Below, piece by piece: positions 56,912 through 64,000 of a stretch of DNA of 64,000 nt. The notes under the pieces were generated by a model. It was not told where the DNA came from. It made no database searches and saw nothing but the letters and a program-made list of their open reading frames with translations. Positions within the stretch are counted from its first letter, which is position 1; every line of letters starts with the position of its first letter. The position numbers and the translations under genes are program-made. Source of the stretch: a virus (lineage: Duplodnaviria; Caudoviricetes); IMG/VR virus record IMGVR_UViG_3300009108_000480. The stretch is one strand, 5' to 3'.

Positions 56912-57598
56912 ATGCGATATATTTTATGCGTTAGTTTTAAATATAAACCTTATAAAAAAACTTGTAATGTCCAAATATTTTCAAATAATTGTATGTTAGA
57001 TGACTTTGAATTACAAAACAAAAAAGTACATCTAAGATATATTGAATTAGACGAAAATGCAATTGGTAACGACTTAACTTTTAAAATTTATAACGATGAT
57101 AACAACTACTCAAATGGCTTCATGACAAAATGGGCCAAAATAAAAATACATAATGTTGTATTACTACCTAAAGCTCTGTTTAATGTAAACAAAATGAAAT
57201 TAATTAAAAATAGATTAAAATTAAAATGGCGTAGAATTATGGGAGAAGAAACGTGGCATCAAATTAATTGGCAAACCGATTCAAAAATATTTCCTCTACC
57301 TGATAGGGAAAAATCACATAAATTACAAAAGTCACATAAATGGCAAATTTATTGGCCCGGTTGTAGATACCCTTATATTAAAAGCAAACTACATGATAAA
57401 GTATTTGAAAATTACTATAATAAATGGATTGGAGAATCTTGCCAAATTATAATGAAAGTAATTAAAAAACACAATTTGCTTATTTTTGTGCCTCCAGCTA
57501 CAAAACGTTTAATAGGTTATTTTTCTATTGCTAGTCTATTAGGCATCACTCCATACATAAATATATATAATGAAAATAAACGAAGTCATAATGCGTGA
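56912..57598 (+). CDS. Hypothetical protein
   Basis: ORF; DDNNYSNGFMTK motif. Confidence 0.6.
   Translation: MRYILCVSFKYKPYKKTCNVQIFSNNCMLDDFELQNKKVHLRYIELDENAIGNDLTFKIYNDDNNYSNGFMTKWAKIKIHNVVLLPKALFNVNKMKLIKNRLKLKWRRIMGEETWHQINWQTDSKIFPLPDREKSHKLQKSHKWQIYWPGCRYPYIKSKLHDKVFENYYNKWIGESCQIIMKVIKKHNLLIFVPPATKRLIGYFSIASLLGITPYINIYNENKRSHNA
57557..57563 (+). promoter_or_regulatory. Late-type motif ATAAATA
   Basis: 6 nt before ATG 57570. Confidence 0.6.
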
Positions 57599-57851
57599 AT
57601 ATGCAACTGCGGGCGCCACTTCGGCTGGCAATATAGCGGCAGTTGTAAGTCCACATATAGCTATAGGTAAAGACCGTGGCAATAAAGCATATACAGGTAC
57701 ACCAGGACGTTCAGGTACTAAAGCACCAAGACTACCTAAAATAGTACAACCCAAAAATCCAGACGGTTCAGCCAAAGGTGCACAAACAGGCAAACTAGGA
57801 AAAGATGTTAGCTTGTTTGGTGGACCATTGGTTAAGAGGAGTTACCCATAA
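57570..57851 (+). CDS. Hypothetical protein with CTS-like N-terminus
   Basis: MKINEVIMRE followed by ATAGATSAGNIA. Confidence 0.65.
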   Translation: MKINEVIMREYATAGATSAGNIAAVVSPHIAIGKDRGNKAYTGTPGRSGTKAPRLPKIVQPKNPDGSAKGAQTGKLGKDVSLFGGPLVKRSYP

Positions 57852-58258
57852 TGAGAGCACAAGAATTTACAGAAGGTGCAGATTTTTTAGGATACAAATA
57901 TAATGCTCCTACAAGAACATGGGAATTTCCAGATGGTTTTGAAACGCAAACTGGACATTTAAGTAATCATAGTGTAAGGGAAATTCTAGACGCATTAGGA
58001 TTAGATTCAAATTTTGAGGACGCAGGTCCAATTGAAGTAGACAAATTTATAAACATATCTACTGCATGGTTAAAGAAAAATCTTGACAAACCATCAGCAG
58101 ATGTTCCAACAACAGTTGATAAATCCGGAGGCGGAGCAACTATGATAAGTGGTGGCAGACCTGAGGGTTGGATAAACAAAATGGTTATGACATTTAATAA
58201 AGAAGCAAGAAGAATTAAACAAGCACACCCAGATTTAACACACGTGGCATTTGCATAA
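57851..58258 (+). CDS. Hypothetical protein with CTS-like N-terminus
   Basis: Starts MRAQEFTE; TAATG coupling. Confidence 0.65.
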   Translation: MRAQEFTEGADFLGYKYNAPTRTWEFPDGFETQTGHLSNHSVREILDALGLDSNFEDAGPIEVDKFINISTAWLKKNLDKPSADVPTTVDKSGGGATMISGGRPEGWINKMVMTFNKEARRIKQAHPDLTHVAFA

Positions 58259-60201
58259 TGAGATTAAAAGAAATTAACAAACCTATAAAAGAATATCGAA
58301 ACGTAGTTATTCCAAAAGATGAGGCACATTATAGAGAACTGATGAAACATCTCCAAGACATGGAATTAGATCCTGTGAATAGACGTGATGAAAAACTTAT
58401 GGCAGAAATACGAAGAAGAAGAATGGAACTAAGAAACTGGGCAGAAAAAAATATAAAAAGAGAATCACAACCTGATGTAGGTGCCGAAAGAGCAGATGCG
58501 GCTAGAGGTATGTGGGCATCAAGTAAAGAAATACAATCAAGATTTAAAACTTGGCAAGACTTTATGAATTCAGAAGATTTTGATGAATGGTTAGATGACA
58601 AGTTTAGAGAAGACATGATTCCAAATAATATGCCGGGTAATATTGGTGACTATGCTCATGAAAAATCTACAGGTAAACTTGTAAGAATAGTTGACTATAC
58701 AGATGACGATGAAGGCATTTACACAATATCTTACGGTGAGGGTCAAGGCGAAACAGATGTGACTGCAGGAGATTTAGAATTTATAGATCCAACTGTACAT
58801 CAAGACTTAGATGACAAAATATTAGACAAAGAAGTTGATGAAGGCTTTATAGGAAAGAAACCAGAATACACTGATTTTTTACAAAACAAATTAGAAAAAG
58901 CTATGCAAGAATACGATACCCCAGAAAAAAAAGCACAACGTGATGCGTTGATGAAACAATATCTTGCTAAAGGTGGTTCAGTTGAAAAAATACCAGCTGG
59001 TCAAAAAGCATTTGTTGGTAAAAAGTTAAAACCAGCATATAGAAAAGATAACGGAACACCTATTACAAGTCCAGGAAGTGATGAATCAGTAAAAGAATTA
59101 GATGACAAAGAAAGAACTATCTCTACTATCAAACACAGTTCTGATAAGGATGTTGCGTTTTTTGACAAGATGATGAAACGATATGGACCTAAACTGATGG
59201 AACTGATAATCGATTATAGTCATATCAACAATGATCAAAAAAAGGCAGAAAAATTAAAAAAATGGGGTAGGGAGGATGATGTATACTTGTCAGACTACTA
59301 CAATCAACTGTTTCATGTAGACGAAGACCTTATTAGTATGCTCATGTCAGCGGCAGATAACAATCCTAAATTAATAGATTTCTTCTATGACAAAGTGGAA
59401 CAGGCCAAAAAGGCAGGACAGTTTGCAAAAACTTCAAGGTTACCAGATCCTGACCAGACAGAAGAATCAGCAGTACAAGAAGACGCACCATTTGATGGAA
59501 AAGGTATATTACAAAGAGCAGTTTTTAATAAATGGATATCAGCAGAAGAATGGTATCATTTAAAAGATGAATGGCAAGATGCGGCTCGAGAATTAGAACA
59601 AAGATATAGTGATTGGCCAGACGGAGAAGGGTTTGGATCATCGGATCATAATTTTGCAATTAGAGATTTAATGAGTATAGTAGGATACGAATTTGATGAC
59701 CAAGACACTAGTGGTAAATTTGTTGTAACTAAAATGCCAGAGAAATTAGAAAAATTAGGTATAACAAACGTAAGAATGAAAGGCGAACCTGTTGCAACAG
59801 AGGCAGAGCAAAATGAAGATACAGAAGCAACTTTATTAGGTAAAGCTGAAGCTTCTTTAATGCACGGATTAGAAATGGCCCAGGCTGTACTTAAAAAAAA
59901 TTATGGCATGGCAGAAGTTCAGGCTAAAGTTATTTCAGAAAATTGGCCACCTTTAATTGATAAAATTAAAAATGTATACAAAACAACCGAACAAAATCAA
60001 GATGGTTTACAACCAGTTGATTTAAAAAGATTAGGTCAAACAGAACCTAAAATATATGTTCATAAAGATGGCAAAACAATAATGATACCAAAAAGAAAGC
60101 ACAACGAGTATCTTGCGAAAGGATGGAAAAAATCGGCATTAAGGGCTGAGACTTCATACGAGTCAAAACTTGCCGAAATGTTAAAACAACGTCTTAAATA
60201 A
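58258..60201 (+). CDS. Modular acidic protein (647 aa), probable internal head protein
   Basis: Starts MRLKEI; patchwork of short modules; internal SutA-like motif. Confidence 0.6.
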   Translation: MRLKEINKPIKEYRNVVIPKDEAHYRELMKHLQDMELDPVNRRDEKLMAEIRRRRMELRNWAEKNIKRESQPDVGAERADAARGMWASSKEIQSRFKTWQDFMNSEDFDEWLDDKFREDMIPNNMPGNIGDYAHEKSTGKLVRIVDYTDDDEGIYTISYGEGQGETDVTAGDLEFIDPTVHQDLDDKILDKEVDEGFIGKKPEYTDFLQNKLEKAMQEYDTPEKKAQRDALMKQYLAKGGSVEKIPAGQKAFVGKKLKPAYRKDNGTPITSPGSDESVKELDDKERTISTIKHSSDKDVAFFDKMMKRYGPKLMELIIDYSHINNDQKKAEKLKKWGREDDVYLSDYYNQLFHVDEDLISMLMSAADNNPKLIDFFYDKVEQAKKAGQFAKTSRLPDPDQTEESAVQEDAPFDGKGILQRAVFNKWISAEEWYHLKDEWQDAARELEQRYSDWPDGEGFGSSDHNFAIRDLMSIVGYEFDDQDTSGKFVVTKMPEKLEKLGITNVRMKGEPVATEAEQNEDTEATLLGKAEASLMHGLEMAQAVLKKNYGMAEVQAKVISENWPPLIDKIKNVYKTTEQNQDGLQPVDLKRLGQTEPKIYVHKDGKTIMIPKRKHNEYLAKGWKKSALRAETSYESKLAEMLKQRLK

Positions 60202-60213
60202 TCACGAATCTAT

Positions 60214-60221
60214 TATAAATA
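60214..60221 (+). promoter_or_regulatory. T4-late-like promoter TATAAATA
   Basis: Exact consensus, 6 nt before ATG 60228. Confidence 0.65.
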
Positions 60222-60227
60222 TTCAAT

Positions 60228-61061
60228 ATGGCACGTAAAAAACCTTACACAGATAATTTTGCAGACTTGGTTGCTCGTTTGAACGCAATGAGCAATATGA
60301 CTCCTGAACAAGAACGAAAATCTTTGTTGGAATCCGCTAGTGCTGAACCAAGACTATTAGATGAAAAAGATGTTAGCCTAGCAGATATTGCCAAATTAGC
60401 TGGAATTAAAGAATACGTTGATCCAGTAAAAGTTTCTAAAAAAGCAAAAAAATTAGTTGAGGAAATTACCAAACCAGAACCAACATCTAGTATTACTAAA
60501 GCAATAAAAGAATCCGATGCTGATGATTCAATATCAGCAGGTATTAAAAAAGCAGTAACAGAAGAAACTAAAAGATTAGACAAAATTACAGAGCTTGAAT
60601 CACAATTGGCAGAATTAAAAGCACAAGAAAAAGAAGATGCAACTTTAGATGATAAAACATTTAGAGAAAGATTTGTTTCAGAAATAACTGAGTACGTAAA
60701 AAAAGCCGAAGGAACTGAATTAGCAGAACTTTACAATAAGTTTTCAATGAATGAAGTAGAGTTACAAGAAAAAAACTTCTTAATTAAAACACCAGAAACA
60801 AAAGAAGTTATTGCTGATGCAGAGGCAAAAGAAGCAGAAGCTAACGCAGAAGTTGTACAAGAAAAAGAACCTAAAGCAGAAGAACCAGCAATCGAAGAAC
60901 CAGCAATCGAAGAACCAGCAATCGAAGAACCAGCAATCGAAGAACCAGCTGTGGAAATGGATGCTGTTCAACCAGAAGTAGAAATTCCAACAAAAGACAA
61001 ATTTACAAACGACTTGGATCCTGCACCAAAGGCTCCAAAAACTGAATCTACGAAAAAATAA
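60228..61061 (+). CDS. Acidic helical protein (scaffold/core-like) with EEPAI repeats
   Basis: E/K/A-rich; late promoter upstream. Confidence 0.6.
   Translation: MARKKPYTDNFADLVARLNAMSNMTPEQERKSLLESASAEPRLLDEKDVSLADIAKLAGIKEYVDPVKVSKKAKKLVEEITKPEPTSSITKAIKESDADDSISAGIKKAVTEETKRLDKITELESQLAELKAQEKEDATLDDKTFRERFVSEITEYVKKAEGTELAELYNKFSMNEVELQEKNFLIKTPETKEVIADAEAKEAEANAEVVQEKEPKAEEPAIEEPAIEEPAIEEPAIEEPAVEMDAVQPEVEIPTKDKFTNDLDPAPKAPKTESTKK
60879..60949 (+). repeat. 15-bp tandem repeat, 4 full copies plus a partial
   Basis: GAAGAACCAGCAATC x4 plus GAAGAACCAGC; encodes (EEPAI)4EEPA. Confidence 0.95.
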
Positions 61062-61067
61062 TTTCCA

Positions 61068-61074
61068 ATAAATA
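61068..61074 (+). promoter_or_regulatory. Late-type motif ATAAATA
   Basis: 6 nt before ATG 61081. Confidence 0.6.
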
Positions 61075-61080
61075 CCTAGT

Positions 61081-61326
61081 ATGTCTGAACTAGAACAACA
61101 TTTACCTTACAACTATAAACAATATCTCGATGATGTTACCAAAATGCGTCAAAGAGGACATATTGCTACAGGTGAACAAACAGCACATCCACAATCAGCA
61201 GGTTCTAGAGGATTAGCAAAGGCTGAAGATTTTATAAATTCTCCAAATCAAATAATGAAGGATAACGACATTACTGAAGTAAATCCTGAATTAGCACGTA
61301 TCAAAAAATTATCTGGTTTAATCTAA
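61081..61326 (+). CDS. Hypothetical late protein
   Basis: Ends ELARIKKLSGLI, echoing DIAKLAGI in 60228..61061. Confidence 0.6.
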   Translation: MSELEQHLPYNYKQYLDDVTKMRQRGHIATGEQTAHPQSAGSRGLAKAEDFINSPNQIMKDNDITEVNPELARIKKLSGLI

Positions 61327-61336
61327 AAAAAACCAT

Positions 61337-61365
61337 TTGCTCTACTCTTAAAACTGTTATATACT
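61337..61365 (+). promoter_or_regulatory. Sigma70-type promoter for the polB unit
   Basis: TTGCTC-17-TATACT, AAGGA SD, ATG 61389. Confidence 0.55.
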
Positions 61366-61388
61366 ACTATTAACAACAAAGGAAATAT

Positions 61389-61646
61389 ATGGCAGTAAGA
61401 AACTTTAACGACGGCGAAAAACAAAAGCTAATCCAAATCATTTCTCAAGGATCACAAGTCCTAGGAGAAGTAGACGATCTTAAATCAGGATTAAGAGATA
61501 CAGTTAAATCAATAGCAGAGGAACTAGAATTAAAACCCGCATTGATTAACAAAGCGATTTCAATTGCTCATAAAGGAAATTATCAGAACTTGTCAGATGA
61601 TATGGACACTTTAGATTCCATATTAACGGCGGCAGGTAAGATATAG
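61389..61646 (+). CDS. T4 DsbA-like dsDNA-binding protein
   Basis: Helical pattern LKSGLRDTVKSIAEELELKPALINKAISIAHK resembles the DsbA/GapR-like family. Confidence 0.5.
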   Translation: MAVRNFNDGEKQKLIQIISQGSQVLGEVDDLKSGLRDTVKSIAEELELKPALINKAISIAHKGNYQNLSDDMDTLDSILTAAGKI

Positions 61647-61927
61647 TGTATCGTTTACTCAAAGAATTTTGGGTAAACAGTTATAAAACGGACCAAGTTG
61701 CTTTTTGGAATGAGCTGTTATCTGTAATTGTAACAATTATGGGTTCCTGTATTTTAACATTTACCTCACCACACCCAACAATGCATTATGTATTTCCATT
61801 GTACTTGCTAGGCTCTAGTACTTTGTGTTATGCTAGTTGGAGAAGAAGAAGCATTTGGATTGTAACTTTATCCGGATGGTTTACATTAATGAATATAATA
61901 GGAAATTATAGAGTATTTTTACTATGA
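61646..61927 (+). CDS. Small three-TM membrane protein
   Basis: GTG start coupled to the upstream stop; hydrophobic helices. Confidence 0.6.
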   Translation: MYRLLKEFWVNSYKTDQVAFWNELLSVIVTIMGSCILTFTSPHPTMHYVFPLYLLGSSTLCYASWRRRSIWIVTLSGWFTLMNIIGNYRVFLL

Positions 61928-64000
61928 GTTACATAGACGCTTTATATAAAAAAGATGAAGACAAAGTATATGTAGTTGAAAGAAACTCTAAAGGTAAAAG
62001 AATTTTTGTAGACTATGATGCTAGATATGTATTCTATTATCCAGACTCTAGAGGTAAGCATAGATCTATGACTGGACTATCATTACAAAAAGTACAATGT
62101 AGAACTTCAAAAGAATTCATTAAAGAGCAACGGATAAGATCCAATAAAACTCTTTATGAACAAGATATCAATCCAGTGTTTAGATGTTTGGAAGAAAATT
62201 ATCTAGGCAAGGAAACTCCTAAACTGAACACTATGTTTTTTGATATCGAGGTGGATTTTGATCCTGAAAAGGGTTATGCCACAACTGACGATCCGTTTAT
62301 GCCCATTACTGCCATTAGTTGTTATATGAGCTGGACGGATCAGTTAGTTACTTTTGCACTAGTACCTAAAACACTATCTACACAAGATGCTAAAATGCAA
62401 ACAGAACGATTCTCTAACTGTATGTTATTTCAAAAAGAAAAAGATATGTTAGATGCATTTCTTACACTAGTTGAAGAAGCAGATGTTATATCAGGTTGGA
62501 ACTCTGAAGGATATGATATTCCATACACAGTAGGTAGAATACAAAAAGTATTAAGTTCCGATGATACAAGACGTTTATGTTTTTGGGGTGAGAAGCCCAA
62601 GAAAAGAACATTTGAAAAATATGGTAGAGAACAATTAAGTTATGATTTAGTTGGACGAGTACACTTAGACTTATTAGAATTATATAGAAAATACACATAT
62701 GAGGAAAGACATTCATTTAGATTAGATGCAATTGGTGAACACGAACTAGGTGAGAAAAAAACTGTTTACGAAGGATCATTAGATTCACTTTATAAAAATG
62801 ACTTCGGATTGTTTATAGAATACAACAGACAAGACTGTAATCTACTTGCTAAACTAGAAAAAAAATTAAAATTTATTGAACTTGCCAACGAAATTGCACA
62901 CCAAAATACTGTGTTGCTACAAACAACAATGGGTGCAGTTGCAGTAACTGAACAAGCAATAGTTAATGAAGCACATAGACGTGGCATGATTGTTCAAGGT
63001 AGACGTTATAGAAAAGAAGGAGAAGAAGTACAAACGGCGGCAGGTGCTTATGTGGCAACTCCAAAAAAAGGAATGCATAATTGGATAGGATCAATGGATA
63101 TTAATTCACTATATCCTTCAGTTATTAGAGCATTGAATATGGGACCTGAAACTATTGTGGGACAAATAAGACCTGTAATAACATCAGCAGAAATAAACAG
63201 AGCTAAATTTCAAAAAAAATCATTTGCGGCGGCTTGGGAAGGACAATTTGGTAGTTGGGAATATCAAGCAGTAATGAAACAAGATAAAGGTACTGAACTT
63301 ATTGTAGATTGGGCTGATGATACATCTGTAAGAATGTCAGCGGCACAATTATATGATATTATATTTGATGGCAAAAACAAATGGATGTTAAGTGCTAATG
63401 GTACAATATTTACATATGAGTTTGAAGCAATTATTCCAGGCTTATTAAAACGTTGGTATACTGAAAGACAAGAAATGCAACGTAAAATGGATGCTTGTGG
63501 TGAAAACGAAATTGAAAGATCATTTTGGGATAAAAGACAACTTGTTAAAAAAATTAATTTAAACAGTTTATATGGAGCACTTTTAAATCCAGGTTGTAGA
63601 TTTTTTGACATAAGAATTGGACAATCAGTAACATTAACAGGTCGATGCATTACAAAACATATGGCGGCAAAAGTAAATGACATTGTTGCGGGCAAATATG
63701 ATCATTCTGGCCAATCTATAATATATGGAGATACAGATTCAGTTTATTTTACTGCACATAAAACTTTAAAAAATGATATTGACGCAGGCAAAATTACTTG
63801 GAATAAAGATTCAGTAATTGCTTTATATGATAAAATTGCAGAGGAAATGAATACAACATTTACAGGTTATATGACTAAAGCATTTCATTGCCCAAATACT
63901 CGTGGCTCTATTATTAAAGCAGGTAGAGAACTTGTAGCAATTAAAGGTTTGTTTATTACAAAGAAAAGATATGCAGTACTGTATTATGATAGAGAAGGTG
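61924..64000 (+). CDS. polB: Family B DNA polymerase (T4 gp43-like), 3'-truncated by the window edge
   Basis: MSYIDAL start (ATGA overlap); FDIEVD (ExoI), GWNSEGYDIPY (ExoII), YNRQD (ExoIII), DINSLYPS, KINLNSLYG, YGDTDS in frame. Omitted by the ORF track because there is no stop. Confidence 0.95.
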   Translation, partial: MSYIDALYKKDEDKVYVVERNSKGKRIFVDYDARYVFYYPDSRGKHRSMTGLSLQKVQCRTSKEFIKEQRIRSNKTLYEQDINPVFRCLEENYLGKETPKLNTMFFDIEVDFDPEKGYATTDDPFMPITAISCYMSWTDQLVTFALVPKTLSTQDAKMQTERFSNCMLFQKEKDMLDAFLTLVEEADVISGWNSEGYDIPYTVGRIQKVLSSDDTRRLCFWGEKPKKRTFEKYGREQLSYDLVGRVHLDLLELYRKYTYEERHSFRLDAIGEHELGEKKTVYEGSLDSLYKNDFGLFIEYNRQDCNLLAKLEKKLKFIELANEIAHQNTVLLQTTMGAVAVTEQAIVNEAHRRGMIVQGRRYRKEGEEVQTAAGAYVATPKKGMHNWIGSMDINSLYPSVIRALNMGPETIVGQIRPVITSAEINRAKFQKKSFAAAWEGQFGSWEYQAVMKQDKGTELIVDWADDTSVRMSAAQLYDIIFDGKNKWMLSANGTIFTYEFEAIIPGLLKRWYTERQEMQRKMDACGENEIERSFWDKRQLVKKINLNSLYGALLNPGCRFFDIRIGQSVTLTGRCITKHMAAKVNDIVAGKYDHSGQSIIYGDTDSVYFTAHKTLKNDIDAGKITWNKDSVIALYDKIAEEMNTTFTGYMTKAFHCPNTRGSIIKAGRELVAIKGLFITKKRYAVLYYDREG

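Noticed and set aside
374-63695. Many short opposite-strand ORFs in the track (e.g. 374..577, 1397..1672, 5910..6161, 21696..22058, 44847..45194, 46595..47095, 63264..63695)
   Set aside because: They lie antisense inside well-supported genes, lack motifs and ribosome-binding or promoter signals, and look like shadow frames.
1-64000. Window as a bacterial chromosome segment (purF, clpA, dnaJ, def, csgG)
   Set aside because: These genes are interleaved with T4-type polB, clamp loader, baseplate and lysis genes and share the phage late motif; no bacterial operon context is present.
1-64000. tRNA, rRNA, CRISPR array, integrase/transposase, DGR reverse transcriptase
   Set aside because: No T-loop/cloverleaf, spaced direct repeats or catalytic motifs were seen by eye, and intergenic gaps are mostly too short. 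A tRNAscan/CRISPR scan was not run.
1-64000. Stop-codon reassignment as in some large phages
   Set aside because: Conserved proteins are full length under the standard code, and TAA, TAG and TGA all terminate genes at expected positions.
61924-64000. Intein or intron in polB (also checked in clpA)
   Set aside because: Motifs are in one frame at plausible spacing, with no splice-junction or LAGLIDADG signatures.

Overview
AT-rich, gene-dense 64-kb segment of a large tailed dsDNA phage (myovirus-like, probably marine), not a bacterial chromosome. Evidence: a T4 gp43-type family-B DNA polymerase running off the right end, a clamp-loader ATPase, T4 gp9/gp10-like baseplate/fibre genes, an endolysin-spanin cassette and a recurrent T4-late-like (A/T)TAAATA promoter motif. 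Layout, left to right. (1) 1-8.7 kb envelope/signalling island: tail of a HlyD-like gene, two CHASE2 adenylate cyclases flanking an inverted csgF-csgG-curlin-FecR operon. (2) 9-21 kb metabolic/modification genes: DEDD exonuclease, SET, HIT, purF, queD, glycosyltransferase, IscA, B12 radical SAM. (3) 21.6-28 kb baseplate/fibre genes. (4) 29-36 kb stand-alone DnaE fragment and a sugar-nucleotide/glycan cluster. (5) 36-46 kb groES, clamp loader, lysis genes, dnaJ, def, clpA. (6) 47.6-51 kb lipoprotein subtilase. (7) 52-61 kb proteins, including SOD, a kinase and a nucleotidyltransferase-nucleotidase fusion, sharing an N-terminal tag like the T4 capsid-targeting sequence. (8) polB. The strongest candidates for new biology are the curli/FecR/twin-cyclase module, the putatively capsid-packaged enzyme cargo with SutA-like motifs, and widespread apparently leaderless genes. 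All family calls come from motif recognition by eye; no database search was run. An alphaproteobacterial (possibly SAR11-like) host is only an inference.
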